DNA of 63,999 nucleotides, the filler included, from Basidioascus undulatus (Eukaryota), in NCBI GenBank assembly GCA_000826855.1. It is 5 parts of 5 records of this genome, joined end to end, with 100 filler letters (N's around TTAATTAATTAA, not from the genome) between each part and the next. Parts side by side here need not be neighbours in the genome. Positions count along the whole stretch, not along the records: positions 17,677 to 46,881 come from JTLS01000134.1; 4 more parts are not named here. One strand, given 5' to 3'. The notes below the pieces were generated by a model that had not been told where the DNA came from, made no database searches, and worked only from the letters and a program-made list of their open reading frames with translations. The position numbers and the translations under genes were made by a program. Within the stretch, counting starts at the first letter, position 1; each line of letters begins with the position of its first letter. Of the stretch, positions 26,194 through 40,200 are shown piece after piece.

Positions 26194-28750
26194 TCAACCG
26201 CCAGCGACTTGGCTCATGACGTTGGCGACGGCGGGGATTGCGGTGCAAATAAGAATGCAAACTCCAAAAAGAGCGAAGGTCAGGGAGGAAATGGCGGCGG
26301 CCTGTGGTCGGTCGGCCATGAGCGCGGATGTGCCGATGGCGCCGGACGTCACTCCGGAGAGTACACCCATGCCGACGAAGTCATCTGCACGAATAAGGGC
26401 GCGGTCAGATGACGTCGTTCGAGGGACATCGGGAGGCCCGTCCACGCACCATTGGATATCCGGAGAACGCGGAAGATGTAGTCCTTCAAGATTGCCTGTT
26501 CGCGGAGGCAGGTCAGTGTCCCATCGCCCGGCAAGTGCAGCAGAGCGTCGACTCCGCACGAAAACAATTCCTTGTGCACAAACAATCTGAATCGTGATGG
26601 ACTCGTTGCCCTTCAGGGCGATGACTGCTTCGAGCGCCAGCGGTGTGCTCATGAAGCGGCCAGCGAAGGCGAGGGCGACGTCGGTCTGTGGGGTGACGAT
26701 GGGCTGCGGGTTTAGCGAGGCCTGGAAGGCTAGACGAGGGTTGGTGCGTACCGCAAGTCCGCAGAGGTGGGCTATCCACGGCCAGAAGAAAAGCGAAAGC
26801 ACCGCGGAGGGGATAATGATAGCGAAAAGGCGGAAGAACTGCGCAAGCAGTGGCGTGAAAGAGTCAGCTCAAGTGTATGGTTGTCAAGCGTGCACAGGAA
26901 ACGCACATGTTCCCGCAAGGCGTCACGGTACCGGAACATCGGCAGAGCGAGAGCCACCTGGGGAGTAATGCCAGTTGGGATTGATTTACGTCGACGAGTA
27001 TGCGAGCGCTTACGATGCCAGCGTCCAGGAGTGAAGACAGTATGTCTCCTGCTCCGAGCTTGTGCCACGTATCCTCGCTACATGCGAAGCCTACATTTAG
27101 TATCGGCCACGAGTGTAGATTGGGATAGAACTTACTCGACGTTGAGCTCCCAAAGGTCGAGGTAGCGGACGTCACCGGAGTATTGTTGCAGCGCTGTAGG
27201 GTGCGCCGCAGCGTGAGTGGCCCATACCGAAGCGCAGAGGGAACAAGAAGCGCGGACAAACCTTCTTTAATGGACCAGTGCATAGCTCGTCCAGTGACAA
27301 AGGCGATCAACAGAGTGAGCAGGGCAGTGGTAAGGATGGGGTGGGCAAAGCGTTGCCATGGCGTGGGCACGACGCGCGTCGCGGCGAGGTAGGCCAGCAC
27401 GCTCGCGCCGAGGAAGAGGGGAACGGTGCGTTCGTTGGCCGAGATGACGACGATGCCAACGAGGAAGAGGATGAAGTAGATGACGGGATCGACGCAGGCG
27501 CCCAGCTTCTGGGCGAGCCGGTCAGCGTCGCTCTGCTCAAGCTCGCCAGTCGACACCGACAAGGGGCTCGGAAGTGATGACGGCTTCGCGGAAGGCGGCG
27601 AGGGGACGTCGTCGCGGAGGGTGCACGAGACGGAGGTGGCGGTTGCGACAGAGTTGCGGCGCGAGGCGGAGGGGGAGAGGGCCGGCTGCGGCAGCTCGAG
27701 CGACAGCTTGATGGGTGAGCGCGGGGCCAAGAAGGTCACATAAGAGGCCTTCTGGCCTGGGAGACTTTCGATGGTGGAGAGCTCGCCTGAGTGTCTGCCC
27801 TTTGGATTTGGCTCTCGGCGGCAGGAGAGCGTCGGAGAGGAAGGGAAGACTGTCGTGTCAGACGAAGCCGTCCATGTGCGGGGTATGGGGACGCCGAGCT
27901 TCGACTGTTCGCCGGATGTAGACGGCGACCGGTCGGCGCGGACGACGGGAGAAGCGGGATCGGGGCAGCGCTGGGTGGCCGATTCGGAAGGGGAAGGGAA
28001 AGGCGGTGATGCTTCTTCGTCGTGAACGGGGGAGCGCTGACGCCAGAACGGGAGGAATCCGAAAGCCCTGTGCAGGCCGATAGTGACGAGAAACACCATA
28101 ATGAATCTGTTGAAAGGTCGTGACTGGGTGTTACTTAATGGGTGAAGGACTGGTGGAGCGAACAGACGTACGAGGCGATAAACAAGCCTGTCAGGATGCC
28201 GATCTGCGAGCCGCTGAGCGCTGCCCGAGCGGGTATGAGCACGAAAGCCGGCATGAAGCATATCGACATGTTCTAAACAACAATGAGTTTTCTCAGTCAA
28301 GTCGTGAAATCGAACAGAAAGGGCTTACCCGCAGTATCCAGTCACCCGGCGCCGCGATGATGCCGAGGATCCAACGCTCGGTAAATTTGGGAGCCCAGGC
28401 GTTGCACACTATTAGTATCACCCATAATATGATCATGGCGACAATCTAGGGGGGAATTATCAAAGCAATCCGTCAGGCCCCAGCGTGGTATCGCGGAAGG
28501 CAGGACGACATACCGGCGCAGGGAAGCTGAACGGCAGCTTCATGATGATGAGGTTGATGGCCCATGACGCGACGAGAGTCATCCCGAGGACTATTGGCGT
28601 AAATATGTACGACTGTACGAGATACCATCGTTTTTGTCGCCAGGTCTGTTCCCACAAGCACCCGTCAACCGCTCGTGACGCATCCCACCCCGCAAAGAGA
28701 TGTGCCCGGACCTTGCATACAGCTTCGCGCAGAATTGATCCACTGATCAT
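26194..28750 (-). CDS. LrgB-like (LrgA-LrgB/PLGG1-type) membrane transporter
   Basis: N-terminal TM segments with FPAPV, a Ser/Pro-rich linker, then AGDILSSLLDAGIV, RFMSTPLALE, GVTSGAIGTSAL..AAAISSLTFALFG. Confidence 0.75.
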
Positions 28751-29705
28751 GCCACAGCAAACGGAGATGTGAAAGGACGGTCTTCTATGGAACGATGGAG
28801 AGAGTCCTGCGACACGAGGATGCGAGGATGGCAGTGGAAAAAAGGGACGGGGAATTGTGGTGCGGTTGTAACAAACTGGGAGGGGAAGGGCGGACCGCTA
28901 TGTGCTTATCTTTGTGAACTGGACTGCGCGCCAAGATACCGAGACAGGCGACCAAACGCGAAGGGGGTGTCAGTTCAGTTGAAGCTGAGCGGACCTCGCT
29001 AGCGCGAGTCCCTTCGTGAACCACCACCGCCGAGAATATCAACCGTCGATGTGGGATCACTGTGTTCGATGTGGAAGAAGGATGCGTGCATGATCTAAAT
29101 CGTTGAGCGAATGCGGGGTGCGATAAACGAAGTAGCATCGCAGGGAACGAAGAAATGCGACAGCGAGCGAGGGTGACAGCTGGAAGCGGTGATGTGTGAG
29201 CACTAGGCCAGCTCAGGACTGAGCGCGATCCCTTGTGCATGCCTTAGGTAGCGCTAGCGAGACAACACAGCCTGCGAGCTCGAACCGCGAGAAGAAACCG
29301 TGAAGTTGCGTGTCCGTGCAATGGCGTGCAAGGCGCTCTTGGGGCTGCACTATTGACCGCCAAGCCCTACTCGCTTCTGCTGCGGTGAGTGTGAACACTC
29401 GATTGCGGGGTGTGCACAGAAGCTGATCACCCGAGAACGTCGGTCGCCGCATCGTGATCGACACGTGAGAAAGGCGCAAGCGGAATATCGTTTGAGGTGA
29501 AGTTGCGCGAGGAGGACGAGAAGAGGCCCGGGCGGTACACGCGGTGTCGCTAAGACAAAATGGGGACGGGTGTCCGTGGATGGCAGTCGGACGGGTGGTC
29601 TTCTCTTTTGGCTTTCGCGTACTTCCCTTTTCCTTTTTACCACAACACCACTCGTTTCGACCACTAACCCGAGCTCATTCTTACAATCAAATCACTGACT
29701 AAACT

Positions 29706-30339
29706 ATGCCTCTGATCAACCGCCGCGCGGCGAAGTACTCGCTTCCGCTCTTCCTCGTTCCCGGTACATGGTCTCACTCCGGGTCTCACACCGATCGTTC
29801 CAACCTTCTGACCTGCGATACCGTGTCCGCCTGTTCTCAGTCTGTATATACGCTGGATTCGCCATCCGCGAAAAGCGCGAGACGGACAAGTTCAAGCCGT
29901 CCGAGTCGGAGATCGCCGCAAGATCGACCGCCCTCGCATCTTCTCCCTCCGCACCTACCCACGCACCTGCACCCTCATCAGCACCAGCACCCGTATCGGC
30001 AGACGTCTCTCCGTCAACTTCCCTCGCATCGTCGGCCTTGACGGTGGATTTGTCCGACCCGGACGTACAAGCAGGGATGCGCTCCCAGATCGCCAAGTGC
30101 GTCTCATCCGCTACCCTCCCTTTGCCTCTACCCTTGCCGCATATCGGATCCAGAACTGACATAGACCTACTTTCACTTCACGTCCCCATTTCGGTCTTCC
30201 CTTATCCGCCCTCCCCAGGCTGAAACGCGAGGAGTGGGAGCTCGCGCAGGACAGCAAGCGGCTCGGGGAGAAGATCGCGGTGCTGCAGGAGCGGTTGGCG
30301 GAGCGGGCTCAGGCGCCGGCGGAGCAGCGGCCGTCCTGA
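29706..30339 (+). CDS. Small hypothetical protein (3 exons; one hydrophobic stretch, C-terminal coiled coil)
   Basis: Canonical introns link MPLINRRAAKYSLPLFLVP / VCIYAGFAIREK.. / LKREEWELAQDSKRLGEKIAVLQERLA. Confidence 0.6.
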
Positions 30340-30910
30340 GAGGGCCTGAGCGGATGGATTAGCGTAACAACACTCGCTCAGCTGTCTGTCTGATCATGAG
30401 AAAGCGGCCTGGCTGTCTGAGGGTCGGTGCATCCCGCTAATGCGGACTAGACAGGCGATTCACCGCGAGCATTTGGTTGCACAGACATGCATTTTGGGTT
30501 GCGATGCGCAACTGTATATGAGGTGGTATGCTCGTGACGTGGGGGTACGCAACAACAGAACTGCCGGAACGAGTGAAACAACGACATGTTCTTGTCGACT
30601 CGGATGTTTAGGACAACGGATGCGAAGATAATGTGCAGGTGTTTTAAGGTGTACGTTTTGGAACAGAGACGAAGGGGAAAGGAGGCTGGATGACCTCTTC
30701 CTCCTCCTCGTCATCTACTGGCTACGTGCGATCGTGAGAGAGTGATGTGAGACTGAGACTGTATAATGTACGTGAAACGGATATGCGCTGCCTTGCCCGA
30801 TGAACTTGATGACGACGTGTGCCCGAGAAGCCGCTGCAGAACATCAGATAATACAGGATGCAGAGGTGTAGCAGAGGCAGAGGCGGGATGGCGAAGAAGG
30901 GAGAGAGAGA

Positions 30911-33348
30911 CTAGACAAGGCTGGCGGCCTTGCGCGCAACGTGGAAGGACGAGCCCGTGCTGGCGGAGCCGGTCGAGTATGACGAGCGCGACGCGAACGG
31001 GTTCGACGCGGACGGGTTAAACGCCGCGTCCATAACGCACTGCTGCTGCCGCAGGTACGCAATGTACTCGACGAGAAAGCGCACTTGCTCGAACGTCTCG
31101 ATCGCCTGTACCGCACAACCACTCGGCTCCAATCAGCATCGCATCCAGCATCTAGGCGGAAATGACGAGAAGAGGAAACGGAAACGCACCTTGACGCTCC
31201 TCCGTCTTCGCACGATCGCGATGACGCGCTCGGCAATCTTGATGCACTGCTCCTCCTCGTCCTGCGGCGTGCGGCCGACCATGCTCACGCCGCCGGGCAT
31301 GGAGACGAGTCCCATGCGGACGACCCACGCGCACGCGAGGAGCCCCGCGCGGCCGACGCCGCCCCGGCAGTGCGCGAGGACCGAGATGCCGCGGAGGGTG
31401 TAGTGGGCGATGAGCACGCCCACGCGCGCAGAGAGCAGCTCGGGCGAGGACGGGTGCAGGCCTTCGGGCATGGGGACGCTGGGAGCGACGGAAGCAACAA
31501 GTTAGTCACGGTGATAGGGTAGAAAAGTGGATTGACGGATCCACGAACCGGACGACGTCCAGCCCTACTTGCTTGGCCACGCGCTGGTAGTCCGGCCAGG
31601 CGGAACCCAAGAACCCGAGCTCGTCGTCGCTCAGGCAGCACGCGACGACGCCGCATCCCATCGCCTTGACCCTCAGCAAGTCCGTCTTGAGGTCTCGGTC
31701 AATCGGGCCGCGTCCTCCCGTCTGCGGGGCGCCGCCCGCCTGCCCGCGCAGCGATGCTGCCCCGCCGCCGCCTAAGCGGACCTTCTTCCCCGGGCAACTC
31801 GAAAGGAGCAGGTTCCCTAAGCGCGGCTGGTCTGGATATTGTTGCAGCTGCTGCTGTTGCTGCGGTGTCGTGGGGACGTTCAGGAACGTGAGGAGGTCGA
31901 GGTCAAGCGAGGGCGGAAGGATCGGCGGGAGGGTTTCAGGCGTGTAGAGCGGAAAGGAGATCGCAGGCGGGCAGAGATGGAGGGTGATGAGGGGGAGGAG
32001 CTCGGGAGGGATAATAAGCGAGATGCTGAGGATGCGGGCAATGCCGAAGTCAGACTGCTTCCTCACCCAGCCGACGAGGACGGGAAGACGCACTTTATGG
32101 GATGCGTCTTGCTCGTTTTAATCGACGGCTTCGTAGGCGACTGGCCCTGCAATGTCCGCCCCTGCGGTGTCCGCCCGTGATGCCTGGCGGGTGCCTCGGG
32201 CGGGATCGGCATTCCGGGGCGGACGAGGCCGACGCCCAGCGCGGGCAGCGTTGGGTGGCCTGTCGGGCTTGGGACGGGGAGAGACCGAGAGAGGTGGTGT
32301 CGGTCGCGGTCGTCGCTGGTGGGTGTTGGATTAGAGGAAGGAGAGGGGTGTGACGCAAGGGCGGCGAGAGGAGCAGAGGTAGTGGCAGAGACGGGCAGTG
32401 AGGAGGTAGTGGAAGCGGGGAGGGTCGGATGGGGAGGAGTAGGGGTCGAGGACTGTGAGGAAGAGGAGGACGAGGAGGACGAGAATGGTGAAGCTGGTGT
32501 AGCGGGCGCGGTAGACGAGCCTCCCATCACCGACGGCGGCAGAGGCTCGGGCGAGCCCATCTTGATGACGGCGTCAGGAGCGGGGTCGGCAGTGCTGGGC
32601 TCCAGCGGCGGGGTCAAGCTCTTGGCCTGATCCTTGACGGTCTCCCGCTGGCTCGGGTAAAACACGTCGCTCGGCGTGTGCGGCTCGTTCAGACTCGACG
32701 CGCCAGACTTGCCCGCCTGCGCGACCTGCATGACCTCGTCGTTTCCCCGCGAGCGCTCGACGGCCATGAGCAGCTTACCCGACGCGTTGGCGCCGTGCGG
32801 CGGTGTGGGAACGGGCTCGCTGCTACCCGTCGGGGAAGGCGCCGCGCCGCGCGAGGAACGCAAATGGTGCTCGCCGCGCTGGACGATGACGAGGTCGAAG
32901 GCGTCGTTGCGCGCGAGGAGCGCGTTGACGTGCCCTGGGGCCTGAAGGGAGAGGGGCACGTAGACGATCGGACTGCCTGTTGCACCAGACCCGCCACAGC
33001 CAGCCCCATGTCGATCAGCACCAAAGACCCCAAAACGATGTCCCAGTGGAAAGAAGACGACGCACCTTGCTCGCCATGCTTGAGGCGCGAGTACTCGCTG
33101 CGCTGGTGCTGGCTCGCAAGCCCGCCGAGCTTGGACGCTGCCCTGACCGTACTCGGATCAAGGCGCATCTCTCCGCCGTGGGGCGCACGCGGTGGCGCAA
33201 TGTCGGCGGCGGCGTGCGCAGCGTCCTTGCCGGACAGGGATGGGGCGGGCGCGAAGAGCGGGCGGGCGTCGGCGGAGGGGCGGTCGGCGGTGATCAGGGG
33301 CGAGGAGAGGAGGGTGACGGGCGCGCTCACTAGGGAAGAAGACGGCAT
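30911..33348 (-). CDS. CDKN3-like dual-specificity/tyrosine phosphatase with long low-complexity N-terminus
   Basis: KTSKTHPI, LGNLLLSSCPGKKVRL, DRDLKTDL, catalytic HCRGGVGRAG (CX5R), AIETFEQV. Confidence 0.85.
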
Positions 33349-34047
33349 CGATGCCCTAGGCGTAGCAGCGGCGTACCGGGCGGGTGCGGCGGCGGGGAGA
33401 CACGCGACTACTGCTGATTACGACAGGCAGCGTACAAGCTTGACTTGAGCTGTTTGCAATGTGCAATCGGGCGGTGGAGTCGTGCTGCTGGTGGTGTTGC
33501 AAGCGCGCTGTCCGTACCAGTGCGCTGGATCAGCGCCCACAGCGGCGAGAGGTGAGAGTGGTGGTGGGAGAATCGATAGTGTAGTTTGGGCTGGTCGCGT
33601 GGGCGGGTGGGTGTGGTGAGAAGATAAGGCGCAAGGCGAAAAGGATCGGCAAGCTGAATTTAAATCTCGAGGGAGACACGGATGATCGTCGTTCGTGAGG
33701 AGAGCGGTCCGTTGCGCCACAGTACTATCGATTACCTATGATATAAGTTCAAACCCAAACAAATACAAGACATCTGACAGCACGCGTCTTCGTCCCGTTT
33801 CCTAACTCCACCCGGCCTTGTTCTTCCACTGGAGCACCTCTGATTGACTGATGCATCAGATAGAGACCCCCGAGTGCAGAGTGTACTGAATTATCAAGTG
33901 TTAGTCGAGGATGCCGGCGTGTCTGAAAGATCTCCAGAAGCTATCCGAGTGGACGCCCACATGTAACGACAGCATCTGCACTGCGCTGAGTTGAACATGC
34001 GGTCAACCGGCAGGATTCTGATCAGGCGTACCGTGGCGATAGACCAC

Positions 34048-34353
34048 TTAAAGGTCCATCCGAACCCCCGGGCCGCCTTGCGCGGTGAGGGGCACAGATG
34101 ACCCAGGTTCGACCGCCATTGATCGCCACAGCCTGCCGACGCCACACATGCAGTAGGGTATTTTTCTGAGTTGTAGAGAGCTGTAGCGCTCTTTAGAGAG
34201 TCTAGACTTCGATATACGTCGAGCTATAACAAGAGAAAGCGTGAGCAAGGGACACGTGCAGGCTCCACAGCGTCGGAGACTTTCATGTCGACATGACAGA
34301 ATGCGCGTTACCAGGGTAAGAGGTATCTTGGATGGCGCTATTCGCCTACACAC
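34048..34353 (-). pseudogene. Possible decayed F-box-like relic
   Basis: KIPLTLVTRIL..LLTLSLVIAR..YSSLQL resembles the LPxELxxxIL..LxLVxR..LY pattern. Weak. Confidence 0.3.
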
Positions 34354-36680
34354 CCATGCCCATAGGCATCACAGGAGATCTATCTACCTCAAAGACCTAT
34401 GGTTCACTCTTGTCAACATGGAGACTTCAGGTGCCAACCCACCCTGAGCCGGAGCAGTCTTGCGGCTCTTCCCAGCTTCGCATTGTCAGCCATCACCCTC
34501 CCTGATTATCGTGCATGAGCCAGCGTCCCACAATTCAGCTTAACAGAAATCCCACCCCGACGGTGATGCATGCTGCCTATTCGTCGCTGACCTCGCGAGG
34601 CGTTAGCACCGCGCTCCCTCGTCGCTTTCGCTCCACCAATCATTTATGCTGCCCGCGGGGCAGGACGATCCACGACCATTGGCAGCCCTGGATAGTCCCC
34701 AGCGGCCAATACTGCCTGTAGTTTAAAAAAAATGTTCTCTGGTCAGAAACTGATATGATGCGTCCTGATGGAAAGGTAGGAGCCCCACATCCTTCTGTTT
34801 ACACGCAAAGACGATGAAGATGAGCACTGGGTCTCTACTTTCCGCGGCACTACTTGCTTTATGAGGAGCTGGGACGCTAGCACACTTGCCTGATCCACGC
34901 ACACTCCTGTGGGCTTGAGGGGTGTCGAAGATACACTGAGCACTCAGTTTTGCTACTTACTGCACCGCGCCCGCAGCTTCGCAGATCGGGGCGGCCGGCC
35001 ATGACGCGACTCGCGATTGGACACTACGTCCGCTGCGAGACAGAATGAAAGAGAAGGCTGGAAAGTCGATCGAAGTGTCACACTCCATGCGCGATGGGAC
35101 GTGGGACTAGCGGTGACGGTTGCTTGTAGACTTCGTGATAACGAGAAATGTTGAAAAATGCACTCCGTACAGTCATCCACCATCACTCCTATGCACCTTG
35201 GGATGTCCCTCGTCCCTCATCGGCTCAACTTGATTATCATATTAAATTGAAGCGCCCGTTGGGCATCCCTGCCCCAATACGTGGTTTCGCTTTCCCCTTT
35301 ACCACGGTTAAGCCTCACCGAGTGTGCTCTAGTTGCTCAGATCAACTTATCCTATGAGGGAGGGTAGCTCTGTTCCATCCTTTCGTCCCCAAGTTCCTGG
35401 TTACTATCGCGGTGCCCGGTGCTCCGATACAGCAGGTGCGCCTGCCGTTGGATCTCCTAAATTGATTTGAAACTCAAGTATCTGCTATGAACATCTTGGG
35501 GATATGCTTCGGATTTCGTGCTCATATTCGCTCGGGAACTCTCAGCAGCTCGCAGACAGGTAATCTGACTCTGTAAAGGCTGCGCGCTTTGTAGCCTGGT
35601 AGTTCGTTGCACTGAAGCTGCCCTCAAACTTTCAAGTAACCAACTCTGGATCTCTCAAAAGGTTCGTTCTCATATTTGTGGTCACCATCGGCCTGCGCTG
35701 GGTGTCACGATTCCTACCGTTCTGCAGCCAGCGCTCAAGCGTTCACGACGTTCGCAGCACCGCCGCCTTCAGCGTGCCAACGAACTGGGCAAGGCAAGTC
35801 GACGCCCACGCCGTCCCATTCCCTTCTCTATGACCAACTGTAGCGAGCGCCGATCATTCTCCTTCCACATATGTGCGGCGAGCAGTCAAACCTCATCCTC
35901 CTGATAGTCTGTCCGTGCACAGGCTGTTGAACAGTCTGCCCATCCTCCCCGGCGACGTTCTCCTACCGCTGCGGATTCAATCATCCAAAAGGTCCACATC
36001 CAGAGTTTCAGAGTGAAAAGCGCTCCCACTAGGCCTTTCCAGCCCCGCGTTGTCCAAGTGGCGACTCCTCAAGGCGAAATAGCTCATGTACCGCAGTCCA
36101 CTTCTAATATAGGTAAACGAAGTCACACTTGAAGTTCTTTTCATGTAGAAGAAGAAGCATGAATGCGGAAAAAATACATGGACAGAGGGCTAGCAAACAG
36201 GGAAGAAAGTGGCTGTGAGGCAAGAGAGGTGTGCGGTGGCTCGTAAGGGTAGCATCTCATTGACAGGAGAAGGACCTGAATTTCCGCCGCTGTAAGTGCT
36301 ATTCCCGCCTTTATGAACGTGAAGATCGTCGAGAAGGATCTTCACGCTAATGAATGAAGGGGGGTTGGTCCTGAAGGAAACAAGAGGGAGAAAAGAAATA
36401 CAGTCGTAGCGACTGCGGATGCATTACCAAATGGGGCAGACAGAGAAAAGCTGTGTTGTAGGTCCACGGATAAATGGATCAATGAGTGAATAGATAAATG
36501 CAGGTGTAAGAGGAAACTGAAGCGGAGAAAAAGGGTGAGTGAGCGATCAATTTCGCAGCGTGAGTTTGATTAGGGCAGGCTCCTAATTCCAGTGCAACGC
36601 CAAAGTAAGAAAGGAAGGCCCGGCATTCTTCGTATCTTCACCCGTTGTCCTTTCCCAAGTTCTCCCTCCATCCAAAGCTT

Positions 36681-37088
36681 GTTATCGCCTTTTTATAACC
36701 GGACTTCGACCGGAACCGACGCTACGTAGCTCTCGGAGCCCCTCTCAGTGACAGACGACCCTCAGCGAGCTGCCATTCGTCCGCCTCACCCACCGAGATA
36801 CCAAGAACTGAAGGCTGCGATAAGACTGCCTTTTCTCCGTTGTCTCGCCAAGTCACTGTTGTGGAAGCTTCTACATTCAGTTGGTCGATCGGGTTGCGCA
36901 TTGCTGTGTCCAAAAACAGCCTCGAGGTACGGGAGACGTTGCTGTTGATGTTGACTGGGCCTCGCAGTCCTTATCGAAGCCCATGAAAGCCCGACTCTCC
37001 CCTCACCCTGCCTTCTACGGGACCTGCACAGGTGGAGCCGATTGCCTCCGACAGCAAGATAAGGAGCATTGGGGCGTTCCCAATATAA
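36681..37088 (+). promoter_or_regulatory. Cluster of GATA sites plus TATA-like element upstream of DUR3
   Basis: TTATC 36682, GATAAG 36819, CTTATC 36970, GATAAG 37058, TATAA 37084; the ATG is at 37205. Confidence 0.55.
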
Positions 37089-37204
37089 GCAGCTGTCGAG
37101 GTCCAAACTGCCTGCTCTGCGTCTCCATCTTACTTTAAGTCCTCGCACACCACAAACGCTAGTCTTCTCTACCAAACCACCACGCCTCTAAGCGTCACAC
37201 CACC

Positions 37205-40200
37205 ATGGCAGTCGACACAGTTCTGCCGCAGGGAGCGGGGTACGGCGTCGTCGTATGTCCCCCTGCACCTCTGCATTCCATGCACATTTCTCTGAAGTCG
37301 ATGGATTGTTCCAGGTCGGAATTGGCTTCTTCTTTGCATTGTTCATGCTGCTTTTGACCTATATGCAAAAGCGCTACACGGGATTCAGCCCGTCCGAAAG
37401 TGAGGAGTTCAACAGGCGAGTCTTATGTGGCACTGCATTACCTCATGACCGACGCTGATAGCCAACTCTCCTTTAAAGCGCATCCCGCTCTGTCAAGCCA
37501 GGCTTGATTGCTTCCGGTATCGTTTCCGCGTAGGTCTCTTCAGCCTGCCGGCAGGCAGTTGCTCTGGCTGACCTGCGGAATGGGCAGATGGACCTGGGCC
37601 GGCACTCTTCGTCCGTCACGTCTTGGAGTGTCCATATTACCCAGCAATACTAACATTTTTATGTCAGTTACCTCATCTTCGGTGTGCTTCCGGACTGGCA
37701 TGTAAGCGCTCCTGGAGTCTGTATGGTCGTTTCACAGCCCTGCTCACGTCTCACCTTTCGCCATAACAGCTCTGGCGCGTACTGGTTCGTTTCCGAGCTT
37801 GGATACCTCCTTAATACAGCCGCCTTCACTTACTCACATGGTAAATTGCTGCAGGTATGCGGCGGGTGCCACAGTCCGTGCGTGTCTTTCAGAACAGTCC
37901 ACAAACCGGTGTTCCAAGTGCTGACCTGGCTATATCCCATACAGAGGTCTTGCTTTTCGCCATGCTTTCGGCGAAGCTGAAGTTGAACGCCCCCGTAAGT
38001 GTGTGAGCCCTCATTCAAGACACGACCCGACGTTAATCAGTCACTGCTCCCGTCCAGAACGCGCACACTTGGGGTGGGTCTCCATGAGCAACTTCGAGAC
38101 CTTTCCCTCTAACAGCTATTTCACAGTTGAAATTGTGCGCGCCCGTTGGGGCATGGCTGGGCACCATGTCTTTTTGGGGTTTGCGATGGTCACCAACATC
38201 ATCGTCTCCGCTATGCTTATCCTGTGCGTACAGCTTCTTCCTCCATTCCCCACTGCACCGTGCTGACGAGTTCTGTGCAGTGGCGGTTCGGCCACCGTTG
38301 CGGACCTGACTGGGATGCACGTTCTTGCTGCATGCTTCCTCATCCCCATCGGCGTTGCCGTTTATGTCTGTAGGTACCTGCTTTGGGCGGATGGCTGGCC
38401 AGCACGGGCACTGACTGAGGCTTATCGCAGTGTTTGGTGGCATGCGTGCAACGCTTCTCTGTGCGTCTCTACAACTCCTGAGTGTTTGAAGCGGTCTGCT
38501 GACCACGCTTCGTCCCACATTCCACAGGCGACTACACTCACAGTCAGTTCATATGCACACCAAATCGCATATTTAAGCTGATTTCCATCCTTTCACTCGT
38601 TCCTTTCACTCGTTTCACAGCGACCGTCCTCTAGTACGTCCGGCTTTGCGGCACCTTTAACGGGGCTTCATTGCTGATGTCGTCAAACACAGCGCGATCA
38701 TCATGGCATTCTGCTTCACGGCGTACGCTAGCGGGGACAAGATCGGCAGCCCGCGGGCGCTGTATGATCTGCTCGTAAAGGCTGGCGAGCGCTCGCCTGT
38801 GGACGGGAACGCACACGGCTCCTACCTCACCATGCACTCGGTCCCCGGTCTTGTCTTCGGCGTCATCAACGTCATTGGCAACTTCGGTACCGTTTTTCTT
38901 GACCAGGTAAGAACGGAGAAGATTGCTTCCGTTATGAAGATGCTAACGAGAAACTGTCTTCCTCGCAGGCGTACTGGCAGCGCGCTGTCGCTTCTCGCCC
39001 TGCGACTGCCGTCAAGGCGTACATGCTTGGTAAGTTGGATCATACACCGTTCCAAGAGCAGCAGCTTACCATAATCCACCTGTAGGCGGCCTCGCTTGGT
39101 AAGTGTGACTGTGTACAGCTCCGCTATCCCCATTTAACCCGATTCGGCATTCAGGTTCCCCATCCCCTTCGCATTCGCCTCCGTTATGGGCCTCACCGGG
39201 GCCGCCCTCCAAGGCATAGAGGGCTACGGATTCCCTGTCCTCTCGGCGTTTGAGATCAGCTCTGGCTTGCCGGCCCCAACCGCTGCTGTTGCCTTGCTCG
39301 GCAAAGCTGGCGCCGCGGTCATCCTCGTTCTTTTGTTCCTCGCTGTTACCAGTGCTACTTCGGCGGAGCTCATCGCTACCAGCAGGTCAGTATTTGTGCA
39401 AATATTCGAAAAATAGCGATCGAGGCTCACAGGAATCCTGCAGCCTGTGCACGTACGACATTTACAAGGCCCTGATCAACCCGCATGGTGAACCCTCTAT
39501 CACTCGGCGGAGTACCGACCATATCTAACTTCCGTCTCTCTTGAAGCTTCCGAGGCGGAGATCATGCGGGTCTCCCATGCCATGGTACTGTCTTTTGACT
39601 CAACAGTAGCTCAAGCCCCTTCTCATGGGCCTTCATTCATTGACAGGTCGTCGTCTATGCCATCTTCATGGGTTTCCTGGGCTTGATCTTCCACTACATT
39701 GTGAGGCGACTCCGTGATGAAGTGCTATGGTTTTAGCTGACCGTGATTAATATGCAGGGCATCAGCATGGGCTGGCTTTACGAGTTCATGGGTTGCGTTC
39801 TCGGTGCGGGTGTGGTCCCGGTGGTGCGTTTCTAATCAAAGAATTCCCACGTTCCCTCGATAGGCATGCTCAAACCATGACCAATTCAGGCTCTCTGCCT
39901 TACTTGGTCGAAGGCCAACAAGTGGGGCTGCATCGGCGGCGCGGTGACCGGCGTTGCGTGCGCCATCACGGTATGGGTAAGTGGGAATCGTCGGATCCGA
40001 TCCGATAAATCGTTCTTAGGCTGACCGCATGTGGTCCCCCCAACAGCTGGTGGTGACTGCCAAGCTTAACGACGGAGTTATCAACGTTGCCAATACGGGC
40101 GGTACACCTATACCGCTCGTTTCAAAGCTGTCGGACTGCACTCACGTTATTCTCTTCTTACATTCGACCCAGGCGACTACCCCATGCTGGCCGGAAACGT

